The position numbers and the translations under genes are program-made. Below the pieces are notes generated by a model that had not been told where the DNA came from, ran no database searches, and worked only from the letters and a program-made list of their open reading frames with translations. Below are positions 40,401-44,744 of a DNA stretch of 64,000 nucleotides, one piece after another; the first letter of the stretch is position 1; each line of letters starts with the position of its first letter. Source of the DNA: Oscillospiraceae bacterium (GTDB lineage Bacteria > Bacillota > Clostridia > Oscillospirales > Oscillospiraceae); contig CACWLG010000005.1 of NCBI GenBank assembly GCA_902761635.1, forward strand, positions 24,819-88,818. The letters are read 5' to 3'.

Positions 40401-42909
40401 CAACGCCACCGGCGGTGTGTTGAGGGACAGAAAAGCTGAGCGTACCGACACCGTCAACTTTACGACGACCGAGGTAAAGCATAGATATACGATCACGGAG
40501 CCAGATCCAAACTGGGAAAGCCACGTCTTCAAGCAATGGGCGACGATGCCGAACAAACCGGATGTCGAAGTGGATACAGCGGGAAAGACAGAAGAAGAGA
40601 TCATCGCGGCAAGAGAAGAAAAGCTGAAAGAACTGGGTTACTATGAGTACACCAGGGGTAACACGGTCACCTTCTTCCGCGGCACAGACACGGACCTTCC
40701 GGCTGTAAAGTACACGGGCACGGAATCCCGGGGCAATATGACGCTTTACGCTCAGTGGGACCCGGTGGTCTGCAAGATCACAGCTTCTGACGGCAATGTG
40801 CTGTATGAGAGCGAGAGCGGCTATCCGGCGGCATACGGCACCCTGGAAGAGGGCTTCAACGCACTCAATTCCATAAGCTTTGTCACCAAAGACGGTGCAT
40901 CAGTCCGCTCCACGGCGACTCTGTATCTTAAAATGCTGGTGCAGGAGTATACAATGACTGAAAGCGTTGTGCTTACCAAGCGAGGAAGCACGGTGCTGAC
41001 AACCGCAGATAGCACAGATACGGACGGGTATCCCTACAGCGGCACGCCCGGAACTGTGTGTACCATCTACTGCGGCGATTGCGGCAGCAGTATGATCGAG
41101 AATACGAGAAACCTTACGCTCAGGAGCATCACACTCGACGGCCGCATACCCCAGAAGGACATGTACGGCAATGTGACCGGCTATGAAACGGTAACCAGGA
41201 TATGCGACGGCGGCTTTATTGACAACCGTCCATCCTCCATACTCACGGTTGCGAGCAACGCGACGCTGCAGAACGCCAGCGTGGAGGGCAACGGCGGCGC
41301 AATCAACCTGACTGGAAACGCTTCCCTCACGATGAGCGGCGGCGCGATCACCGGCTGCAGCGCGACCGACAGCGGCGGCGCTGTCTATGCGGCGCCCAAT
41401 GCGGCTGCGACCGTCAGCGGCGGTACGATCAACGGCAACACCGCGGAATACGGTGCCGGCCTCTTCCTTTCCGAAAACAGCACGCTCAACCTCTCCGGAA
41501 ATCCTGACTTCGGCGGGACGGACCGAGTGACGCAGGATGAACTGAACAACGGTACTGTGACAGGCAAAGCAGTGGATGACCTGAAGGGCGCGGACGGCAA
41601 CTTTGTCCGCAAGGATGCGAACTTCAAGACAGAAACGGATAAGGAGCCGACGAACGGCAGCAAACAGTATCCGATGGATGGCAAACAGTATCTGGTGCGC
41701 CAGGACATCTTTATCGCGGGATATGCGGACGACACCGACCCGGCGGCCTCCCTCAACGTAACAGGCAATCTCACCTCCGGCGACGGCACGATCTGGGTCT
41801 GGGCCGAGAACGTGAGCCACTATGAGATGCTCAAGCAGTTCGCAGTGTTCTCCGGGAACGGAACCGGCCTGAGAAATGCCGAGAAGGAGAACAGCGTGAG
41901 GGCCTTCCGAGACGCGCAGCCAGACAGCCTTACCAACTGCGGCGGCGACTACCTGACCGGCCAGAGGGGCGAAGCCATCAACGGCTGGGAGTGCATCTAC
42001 TGGACCGGCGGCTTCAATGTTGTCCTGCGTAAGATTGACAGCTTTGGCAAAGGCATGAATGGCGCAACCTTCACCCTGTACAAGAGCAGCGATACAGGCC
42101 TGCCGACGACCGAAGAAGTACAGCGCAATATAAATGGTACAATGCAGGCTGTCACCGCCACGTCGAGGAATTACACGGAGGGTGAGTCGCTTGAAATCAG
42201 GGTCAGAATAGACGCTGATAACGCTGAGAGCAGGACGGTTTACGGCAATTCACTCGTACTCTTTGAAAAGATTCCGGTTGGCACCTACTACATCAAGGAG
42301 ACCGGCATCAGGATCAACGGGGTTGACAGAACAGCCGACTATCATACGGCGGAGGAGCAGTACAAGCTCGTGATAGACAAGAATGGCTGGTACACACTGT
42401 ACGCTCCCATCCACAATGCAGATGGAACGCTCTCCTGGCTGCCGGCGGCGAACCTGTCGACAGCGCCGACAACGCTCTTCGTGGGGGACGCGAACGGCAG
42501 GTATACCAATGAGATCGGCACCGGTGCGAATACGCTGGCGGTGTACACGCTGCTGAACGTGCCGAAGACGCAGCGCAAGGTGATCCTGCGCAAGGTCAGC
42601 GACAAGCATGGAGCAGTGCCGGGCGCCAAGTTCCAGATCCTTCGGTATGATCGATCGCCTGTCAGCGGAACCGACATCAACGGGACTGTGACAACGACCT
42701 TCACAAGCGGGGCCAGCGGCGTATTCTTCGTCGGAAACCTGCCCTATGGCACCTACTATCTGCACGAGACAGTCGTTCCCGACGCTTATAACAAGCTGGC
42801 TACGAATGACAACTGGTTTATCCTCACAGTCAATGAAAACGGCTATGGCTATAAGCAGGCGGATCAGACCATCATCCAAGAGCTCAAAGCAGAGACCACA
42901 GCCCCCTAA
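22444..42909 (+). CDS. Giant (about 6,820 aa) secreted/N-terminally anchored multidomain adhesin: Ala/Glu-rich stalk, Listeria-Bacteroides (Flg_new) repeats, MBG repeats, Cna-B/SpaA-like domains, five PMP-type beta-helix modules
   Basis: One uninterrupted frame. The start MRSFEKLKEY.. follows GAGGGA. The hydrophobic segment ASVLVAAECLSVVAVGLPAAYA/VEA acts as signal or anchor. MBG-like units (..EKVYDGEAL..ITSVTITGSQTKAGSS..ITYVNGTLTV), SpaA-like units (LEGAAFRLLDG.., GAKFQILRYD..) and dozens of NGGAIY/GGAVY repeats are present. No LPXTG motif or C-terminal TM segment was found. Confidence 0.9.
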   Translation: MRSFEKLKEYLQGTAARRAIASVLVAAECLSVVAVGLPAAYAVEAAPLEAVELTDRTTNSAPAAEVPESGQEETVTPAEAARLGEEAAASFANEAERAAEEAEQAADETARMLGEELTDAVLEAARQSAGQAEDAAGRARDAAERAADEADWAAQAVEIATQEAERTAAEAQEAAEEAEHAARTAEEIAEAARMLEEAAMAAQERDRERNGNEQLQEAAEERSAKREESKDKTALSTATPSPAGDLAVVPGKTEQQENAENQKTDSEQPAAAEEIPAGVTQDAAEAGATAEVKAEEAARAREYATAMAEEYDSTYAAALNASEQANRAFAASDRAARAAARAWAAVAEAEERFAQMPGDEQADQPDRPEPAEYTDAAENNDTAENNDTAENTDHMYYTDSAVTVWGEVPAGVYVQAENVSARYQDFDPNAADTLTAGETNAFLSDGSTAVKSRRVLAAYDISLSLNGEEYQPEAGSPLTVYIADPRIREGLDLEVWHIHDDGLVEPITDFTVEGGAVRFEAASFSVYLVCAYTVDFHWGDYTYSIQGESEITLSELFEKLGVTEITAADVTGVSFTNPDCIGIEQLDSDWLLRSRAPFNTEEALTLTLNNGETVEIKVTDADDDEPDDQTTESYTVTWKNEDGTVLETDENVTADTIPSYDGETPTKTDEEHKWYFAGWMPEIEAAAENREYTAQFEQCRELTITADSSSKIFDNTELTKESYTLTGELDEGDSLVSVTITGTQTEVGSAENIPSDAQLVNAEGEDVTGHYDITYVNGTLEVRERAITITAGSAEKVYDGEALEEKNWTSTELANGDTITSVTITGSQTKAGSSDNVPSKAVIVDSDGNPVTLPYNITYVNGTLTVNPQGVTLKANSATLPFNSEEQQVTGYTCSVDGLSFEGVEARGKGKDINIYDVEFTGVTLNETRDTTGNYIVTGLEKGLLIIVENTGESVILLEKELSGFNGDLASYTINVNPEGRVLSGEGKELTLKDTFSGNQSIDYGSIEVHSTTDENVPYDYSGNTGTYTIPDGTAVTITYTTRVKGNAGEEVTFSNTAVLGRMEDWTFVGGPTVTIENTETVTPTGTDISGTGGVYTIELFVYAQNHMEEGLEGAAFRLLDGNMQPMLYRAGANAGKPIVFTTGEKGRVTVQLSEETDGLSIHKNTVYYLEMITAPYQIKNGEYIYYQKDNTYYSFLITDDPRYEYGGVYAYFNGDVLKVRCYPEINGVNITKRFSGNYTLTKEQQNAIRFILQKEALDTESGWVDVESHDYSEFSYGSLNFKVGKEGGTELEDNATYRVIEENVLPTELEGIIEENVAVSVTYQREGRPVEEASNEFYIDPDDKLAFSYNLAFTNEYIDHKLTIIKIDEESGKALEGADYTVFPARGGDALITYTTDAGGGITIRRNDAGAQYETDTLYYAVETKSPENYILPANPRKVYFYFSENSSTVPAGLPFGETATDLTSSYNTVTMENDSTSIDIPVTVVWGINGSDAWPQEVDHVVIALYQSVGGGAPIPVPGAQQIVLTRDQYYDTRSYTGLPALEDGKTIAYSVVEEGIYTSGNEPITERFARSSSISGTGWYVVHNQPAVSVTIRKEWVDQDGETIIGNTDSKPDVSVDLYRTTTESAAASFTRAELLAFLANAERVRTGLTLSKESDWSITVDSLEKMKSQEKPYYYYALEKVPDNQEDSYLIVAAAESEPRTLTIKNKQTPVTVTIQADNLEKTYGDADPAFTFEASSVMEEGASISVTGPEDGKYIGHVIAADGTEKTIEFTASRVIGKDDGTYDDVGTYVITPAGDAIQSGYRVLYETGILTINKAKVTITAGAEKTYGEDNPAYVTVEGLKGDDTISYKVSRESGEDAGEYSITLEGEADQGNYQVDFVREDEEGNTYVFTIKRANAAITPIAAEKLYGEDDPEFTAKVTGLVNDDEPSVIIFDLNRTPGENVGKYTITPACEDVQGNYNVTYTTAVFTINPAELILEMEDAEKTYGDDDPEWDVTIDGLQIGEDEGELRSVLNEETGVRTYTYSIEKDEQTVELFSFTAARADGENVGEYTVTLSTDRNPQGNYTLTKAEPGEQGSYTITSGLLHILRAELDVKPKHQVKAIDVPDDPLLAADIEGWRNGDNVEEETTLVTTETSEDGKTITRTYRRGEGDKAETFTVISSVSDDKIVTWTYKRGETTLLTFTLKRDPGEDEGDYPVTANGLDAQSNYAVFFDQGTFSILSILDIDVAQPLTDYADADAKPAYHYTATLDLEGTGLDEYNKNGFETVEGVPTLSFVLPDEVTAEEMRTLKVPAGAKLTVKQNDDNNDYTTAIRIDGSPYTNPEPVPTCVLASADTYHEIAFAHSRISVLVEARASENQEEDGATVLSGRKGAVGIPRDADGNPSENGRKINIDFAEEMHSNIGYELPSDKYYSYHHASLYTAPASGNGNPVVTNITGIRYGRYTREDGTEAYKWQYTSLDSEEFTDVPADTKLVLFYLPKFVCKIGSEKFYSLKDAVNYASENDKTATIEMLIGEYSIRSASDAVTIPADCNITVTTASEGYEGTGTAVIGRSMSYTGGHLFINKGTLTLDSIILDGKGVRATDATVLNEANLTVTGNATLRNAIGNNGGAIYAKDGTVTVSGSLSGNTAAYGGAVYVKGGTVTTTVSGKLTGNSATYGGAVYVEDGGVELGGMIGGEGQANTATGNGGAVYLNKGELTLNGSLANNEAANGGAVYQNGGTLTVSGSMSENSATANGGGVYLNNGTLTIKASGSAAENTATANGGAVYQSGGTLENNGAISGNSAVSGGGIYRVNGTLTVNGVISGNSASTDGGGVYSNGGTLNLSATVSGNSAVNGGAIYVSSATLNVNGGRIGGTEEGDANTATDNGGAIYALNATTTIGTAVGAVTLSGNSAMNGGAVYMEGGSLNVMHANSELTKNIATNGGAVYATSGTITLTNGKLSENEAGTSGGAIYSGSASVTVAAGSLSGNKAKQGNGGAICSESGTVTVSGGTLSGNSASKSESTDSGLGLGGAIYASSGTVNYSGGNINGGNMAVNGAAIFVGSGIANISASITGNTASAGGALGVGSTNARLNFKGNAEVNGNKMNGAESNVYLDVDSELVINADSLGNSKKIGVYVPGALDSDQVVNHGDVTAYFGSYVSAGTIGNVASVFKNDRFSDLKVGYENNRLYWTNALKYDVYYLSSYSGQFPPTTNYQATPSKKVCSGKSYVPRTRESDIYDLVMAMKLYEAHNTDFTNQVGSNYASLAVYAYTFSDKAMDNTFGNYLKRVEWDASARKWMFTKQNGEKAPADTSKLVIFYSSPAYLTIVNNNENGLTLTLSEIDVLGYNAAEGLYGYVTAQNGATVQTLRALTADDLTLKAGDSIKLMLPGAQKQNITLKGTMSGEGATYSFKGGDGQVSDTVSGTDFELNGKLYESDAAAELLFGSELPICKIGNEPFSTLKAAMAYAKAQKTATGNNTYKIEMLVDYLVPATDVLDIPEGYDITFTTADKDAETLPYTGNGTRATLSRDTGNTGASVTAKKSTLTVEELAFDGRSLTAGGKGGAISTENCTTVTIKNCDFKGYRAGNGGAVYVENKSAGSSLTVEDCTFYNCQTNADVDKAGGGAIWTTARELYVRDCTFDFCACLQGRAQAGSVFHNIQANWFADSKTVISDCTFSNSYAVGGSGGTVESDAYDVTIQRCTFEGSYTNKPGGSGGAINTYANNEANTTKYCIMKVIDCAFDNCSAKNGAAMGGAVRCSTHDLILRGCIFRNCQGVTGGAVAMTNTNAKKVEIYGCTFETCIANGNGGAVSAPAGTLIVGVEDTEVEDYQTTYLDTDKTEKDGSNHFTGCAANRGGGIDNAKNDSAVTMQNVHFTDCEARSSSGGALYTQAKTLSITGTSNTFTNCTGNGNGGAVYQNRNVDGSIVTLNNCVFTGCEAKNNGNGGGMYANARTMRVNYDKDNESAVEGAKSSFKNCTAANAGGGLYHDYAGTLTIANCGFENCTSKAANGGGLYTSANYLTIIGVDSKFKNCTAQTDGGGLYQNGNADNSTFTFKDGSFDNCTATGDYGGAIYTKVKRSVTLESCTVKDSTAKSQGGGIYFSNGNTASFEGCTITGNSVTNSDSKGGGVYVPGGTTTFKNSTVSGCEAANGGGWYQNNGTLYILGGSISGNATNGGGIYQANGTINQYGGDVAGTATANGGGVYKNNGTYTIGDATYGGTAYSGASIGAVTVDEGGSSVYTATAANGGGIYQNAGNIYLNPGANIVGQASANGGGIWNKATVTHNGGDVTGSAVDGGGVWQTDTTNGKYTFAGGTITGTATGNGGAFYQGGNSFTINGGTIGERTFAAASANEGSENAGEGSSETNTSSVASSAKNGGALYVAAGKAEMGGSSNITGANASANGGGVYVAGGTFSLSGGNIKKNKAAESGGGIYHAGGTLTVSGGTIGGSAGDANTASKGAGIFVAEGQSAAVSGGTITLNKAAESGGGIAVGGRNAKLNFQGSPVVRYNTMGANDTPCNVYLNYDSNAIIQTTSSGLSTGAFIGVYASVDQYETHGQSGMHFGTRGSENNLDCFRNDRLPYLYGVKGSGSLIDWANFVCKITDGDGNLLYKDTEGTPAVYGKLENNGGSGNDNAFGVLSQASPSLYQLGSNEKYSGPYQIQMLVPDYVVKEQMSLNISGTITLTTASVEEDECGFHFTGDPRFPQSAITRQGNYDSMIYLKNTGLEFSISNLILDGGSGSGYTAKTNGGILLSDGAKSVTITDAVLRNSKTGLYGGGIRAQNNTNTIITLNNTTITNCVGGDYGGGISVKAGKLIMNGGSITNCSAKNGGGVRVDTTMEMNGGTITGNNATVDGGGISAGTENARLYFSGLCDVTGNTLNSSTRCNVQLGYNSNAIINANGLDARAEIGVYTTGDIYSKHGVENMPFGTRKLEDDNFYCFINDRHTYLRGYRGANNDLIYWEYHPLLMVTKDVVSDWPEDQTREFTFTVQLADVLFTSAHNVCGDMDFNRTGMARVTVKAGESKTAVLPATLHLHDYTVTEVLSEQQQADYTTTVQKDGKSYVFADPMTVTGQLGENVGRENPSDESQGGENSSSLSDLVFINTRMTGDLTISKTVNSSVEEDKGESFSFKLTLDPSKTNPKDKISKTCSVLRKDSEGVETEGTLSFTQGVAEFTLKDGQSITFLSLPTDLPYKVEEILTDRQTMHVRTFVRKDEGADSYSTSQTGRIGDYKKTVTEEGVAKTIYASDIYFTNSFLEIVCKITNRSRAILYYKDASGTLQPAVFSHLEEAFDLINSGGVRTSTGGTASGNMRIEMVVPAYTMERTATLNSGKTVILSTALPTDSDFPYNNGVDDGVGISLVSRGFTKGSMIVDSGSLTLDKITLDGSAAADEPVTGSADGGIVQVADAVRLTVNSAATLQNSAVTGSEESGGAVGNGGAVYLSAGASLTMNGTIQNCSAANGGGIYAADGFTTITLTGHIANCEAAGDGGAICAEAGTSVNLNAGTLLTGNKAAKDGGAVRTGTNLVLRGTVGGTEVKQGNTAGNEGGGIYMGSNAMLTMYAGSEITGNSAKNGGGLFARYTTRIAGGSIAGNEAKAVNGEGGLGGALYVTEDGVVTVSGLASLADNRAVRGGAVYDRGSVAMNGGSMTGNVATEKGGAAYVADTTAEDGSVSGHSFSMTGGSIKAGNKSPEGAISTEAHAVLNFSGNCDVSGNTSSDGETVMNVYLGYDSNGIIRTTGLGASANVGIYVADGEPETDNPDDPAYREDHSNHPIYADHGVAGRNFGTYTGSNLSGARLNKFVNDRETGLTGMNGEQINAGDYYVAWQGLGLKLKVTQYLPKLDESGEVELDEEGNPVLSGTVVPVQNASFTFTNITNATEENPGVLVWSGKSDAAGLVSIPWGGEEKEGGTAASFKPNTTYRLDQTTADTRTVLPAGHWTVTISRDNSVTWSVTESEEANVDRIFNIYNISSTETPKLGETFGLNNDVKPTMTFNATGGVLRDRKAERTDTVNFTTTEVKHRYTITEPDPNWESHVFKQWATMPNKPDVEVDTAGKTEEEIIAAREEKLKELGYYEYTRGNTVTFFRGTDTDLPAVKYTGTESRGNMTLYAQWDPVVCKITASDGNVLYESESGYPAAYGTLEEGFNALNSISFVTKDGASVRSTATLYLKMLVQEYTMTESVVLTKRGSTVLTTADSTDTDGYPYSGTPGTVCTIYCGDCGSSMIENTRNLTLRSITLDGRIPQKDMYGNVTGYETVTRICDGGFIDNRPSSILTVASNATLQNASVEGNGGAINLTGNASLTMSGGAITGCSATDSGGAVYAAPNAAATVSGGTINGNTAEYGAGLFLSENSTLNLSGNPDFGGTDRVTQDELNNGTVTGKAVDDLKGADGNFVRKDANFKTETDKEPTNGSKQYPMDGKQYLVRQDIFIAGYADDTDPAASLNVTGNLTSGDGTIWVWAENVSHYEMLKQFAVFSGNGTGLRNAEKENSVRAFRDAQPDSLTNCGGDYLTGQRGEAINGWECIYWTGGFNVVLRKIDSFGKGMNGATFTLYKSSDTGLPTTEEVQRNINGTMQAVTATSRNYTEGESLEIRVRIDADNAESRTVYGNSLVLFEKIPVGTYYIKETGIRINGVDRTADYHTAEEQYKLVIDKNGWYTLYAPIHNADGTLSWLPAANLSTAPTTLFVGDANGRYTNEIGTGANTLAVYTLLNVPKTQRKVILRKVSDKHGAVPGAKFQILRYDRSPVSGTDINGTVTTTFTSGASGVFFVGNLPYGTYYLHETVVPDAYNKLATNDNWFILTVNENGYGYKQADQTIIQELKAETTAP
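23572..23622 (+). repeat. In-frame 18-nt tandem repeat (2.8 copies; AENNDT AENNDT AENTD)
   Basis: GCGGAGAATAACGACACA occurs twice exactly, followed by GCGGAGAACACGGAC. Confidence 0.9.
29908..31986 (+). repeat. Beta-helix module 1 of the giant protein
   Basis: Begins FVCKIGSEKFYSLKDAV. The body is made of GGAIY/GGAVY repeats. It ends NVYLDVDSELVI..IGVYV..FKNDRFSDL..NRLYW. Confidence 0.6.
32761..36201 (+). repeat. Beta-helix module 2 of the giant protein
   Basis: Begins ICKIGNEPFSTLKAAM. The body has Cys-containing C.F.NC..GGA repeats followed by GGG(I/V)Y repeats. It ends CNVYLNYDSNAII..IGVYA..FRNDRLPYL..LIDW. Confidence 0.6.
36211..37302 (+). repeat. Beta-helix module 3 of the giant protein
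   Basis: Begins VCKITDGDGNLLYKD and ends CNVQLGYNSNAII..IGVYT..FINDRHTYL..LIYW. It is followed by Cna-B-like stalk domains. Confidence 0.6.
38194..39897 (+). repeat. Beta-helix module 4 of the giant protein
   Basis: Begins VCKITNRSRAILYYKD and ends MNVYLGYDSNGII..VGIYV..FVNDRETGL..YYVAW. Confidence 0.6.
40768..42003 (+). repeat. Beta-helix module 5 of the giant protein (more divergent C-cap)
   Basis: Begins VCKITASDGNVLYES and ends ..WECIYW. It is followed by two SpaA-like domains that run to the stop codon. Confidence 0.5.
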
Positions 42910-42921
42910 ACAACACAGCAC

Positions 42922-42947
42922 GCCCCCGGCCTTTCTGGGCCGGGGGC
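42922..42947 (+). terminator. GC-rich hairpin 13 nt after the giant-gene stop (weak T-tract)
   Basis: GCCCCCGGCC / GGCCGGGGGC form a 10-bp stem with a 6-nt loop. It is followed by AATTCTAT, so termination may be partial. Confidence 0.45.
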
Positions 42948-42969
42948 AATTCTATACCTGCGCCGGGGC

Positions 42970-42998
42970 TTGCATATCGGCTGGAAATATGGTATATT
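42970..42998 (+). promoter_or_regulatory. Sigma-A-type promoter of the pilin operon
   Basis: TTGCAT-17 nt-TATATT with a TGn extended -10 element. Confidence 0.55.
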
Positions 42999-43045
42999 CT
43001 ACTATGTATCAATATCTGTTTAAGGAAGGGCAGGAGGAGAAAAAG

Positions 43046-43849
43046 ATGCAGGCGATCAGGAGAAAACTAAGATCCCAGCGCGGCGCGTCGATTACCTTTG
43101 CCCTGCTGATTTTCCTCGTGTGCGCAGTGGTCGGCTCGGTGGTGCTGACCGCAGCAACGGCGGCTTCCGGCCGCATGAGCAGACTGGCTGAGATGGATCA
43201 GCGCTACTATAGTGTGACATCCGCTGCAGACCTTCTGGCGAAGGAATTGTCAAACAAAAAAATTAGCATTGTCAGGACACAAGAGTATACAGACAGCGTA
43301 AGTACAACCTACACGCTCAGTGTTGATGAGAATGGGGAGGAGATTATCAATGCCGGGACGCCCGTATCAAGCAGAACAGACCCCGAATACAGTACAAAAA
43401 TCAACGAGCAGGAGGTCGTGGGGACTTGGACGGCAAGCAGCTTTCTGACCAAACAGGCGGTCAGACTGATGTATGGAGACAAGAACTTCAATACAGAAGC
43501 GGCTTTTGATTTCTCCTTAAAAAACGGGAATGCCGATGAAGGAACATTCACGCTGTCCCACGAAAACAACGAGGCTCTGGGCATCAACGGGAACTATAAG
43601 CTCAAGAAGGATGGAACGCTGATGCTGATCCTCAAGGATACAATCGGGGAGGATCATTACACGATCACCGTGTCCTTAAAGCCGCATATCAGGGAGTGGC
43701 CTGATTCTGTAACAGATAAACTGCCAATCGAGATAAAAAACAATGAGAGCGACAGCGGATACACCGAGATTGCACAGGAGAAGACAGTACTCTATAAGTA
43801 TTCGGAAATATACTGGACATTAAGCAGCATTTCGACGGGAGATGAGTGA
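43046..43849 (+). CDS. PilX/ComGG-like minor pilin (non-canonical leader)
   Basis: The ATG at 43046 follows GGAGGAGA. The N-terminus MQAIRRKLRSQRGASITFALLIFLVCAVVGSVVL is PilX_N-like: Arg-Gly followed by a hydrophobic helix, with no Glu at +5. Confidence 0.6.
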   Translation: MQAIRRKLRSQRGASITFALLIFLVCAVVGSVVLTAATAASGRMSRLAEMDQRYYSVTSAADLLAKELSNKKISIVRTQEYTDSVSTTYTLSVDENGEEIINAGTPVSSRTDPEYSTKINEQEVVGTWTASSFLTKQAVRLMYGDKNFNTEAAFDFSLKNGNADEGTFTLSHENNEALGINGNYKLKKDGTLMLILKDTIGEDHYTITVSLKPHIREWPDSVTDKLPIEIKNNESDSGYTEIAQEKTVLYKYSEIYWTLSSISTGDE

Positions 43850-44195
43850 AGTGAAAAAAAGAGTGATTGACAAGCTCCGCGCTCAAACCGGTGAAAGCAT
43901 TGCGGAGGTGCTGATCGCGCTGCTGGTCTCTGCCGTCGCACTCATGCTTCTGGCCAATATGATTACCTCCGCAACCAGTATCATAACAGGCAACCGAGAG
44001 GCATTCGACAACTATGTCACCGCCGGAAATGCCCTCATGGCGCATGAGGGGACTGCGAGCAGCGGAACGGTTACGTTTAAAAGCGATAATACAGAAATGA
44101 AACTGACCGATGATCTTTTATCTTCCTCAAAAATAACAGTTACGTATTACGCAAACACAAACAGAAATATAGTCAAGTCGTATGTTAAAAAATGA
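43842..44195 (+). CDS. Small pilin-like protein
   Basis: 117 aa. The leader ..RAQTG/ESIAEVLIALLVSAVALMLLANMI has Glu at +5. The start overlaps the upstream stop. Confidence 0.6.
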   Translation: MSEVKKRVIDKLRAQTGESIAEVLIALLVSAVALMLLANMITSATSIITGNREAFDNYVTAGNALMAHEGTASSGTVTFKSDNTEMKLTDDLLSSSKITVTYYANTNRNIVKSYVKK

Positions 44196-44207
44196 GGAAA
44201 ACAGCCC

Positions 44208-44744
44208 ATGAACAGACTGAGAATGCGATTAAAGAACAATAAGGGCTTTACACTTGCAGAGCTTTTGATTACCGTGTTGATTTTGCTTATGGTTTCGACT
44301 GTCGTCGCAGCAGGAATGCCATCGGCTGTCAACGCACTGGGAAAGGTGGTGGATGCCGCCCATGCGGAATCTCTGTTTGCGACGACATATACCGCCCTGC
44401 GTGACGAACTTTCAACAGCGATTCCGAATCGGACGATCACGGCGAGCGGGAAGAGCATCACCTATACAGACAGTGACGGCATCGTATCAAAAATCGAATC
44501 AAAGGATGACGGCATTTATATTACGAAACCCGCTGCTGCTGAATCAGGCAACGAAAGACTTCTCATTTCAAAGGTCGCAGCAACAGAAAACCTGTATATG
44601 ACGTTTCAGGATATAAAATACAGCAGCGGAATCGTTGAGATCACAGATCTGGCTGTGAATAACAGCAAGACAGGCAATACTGTAAACAACTTGAAAAAAG
44701 TGATGATCCGAATTGTGGGCTATGAAGCCATTAAAGCGGCTTAG
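44208..44744 (+). CDS. Type IV prepilin (canonical N-terminal cleavage/methylation motif)
   Basis: 178 aa. MNRLRMRLKNNKG/FTLAELLITVLILLMVSTVV is a class III signal peptide with Phe at +1 and Glu at +5. Confidence 0.8.
   Translation: MNRLRMRLKNNKGFTLAELLITVLILLMVSTVVAAGMPSAVNALGKVVDAAHAESLFATTYTALRDELSTAIPNRTITASGKSITYTDSDGIVSKIESKDDGIYITKPAAAESGNERLLISKVAATENLYMTFQDIKYSSGIVEITDLAVNNSKTGNTVNNLKKVMIRIVGYEAIKAA

Noticed and set aside
42700-42909. Searched the C-terminus of the giant protein for an LPXTG sortase signal, a hydrophobic tail or an SLH/cell-wall-binding repeat.
   Set aside because: None is present. The protein ends in a SpaA-like domain followed by ..IIQELKAETTAP.
42746-43045. A 100-codon N-terminal extension of the first pilin-like ORF, overlapping the 3' end of the giant gene.
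   Set aside because: The extension spans the giant-gene stop, the hairpin and the predicted promoter. The internal ATG at 43046 has a strong GGAGGAGA SD and yields a PilX-type N-terminus.
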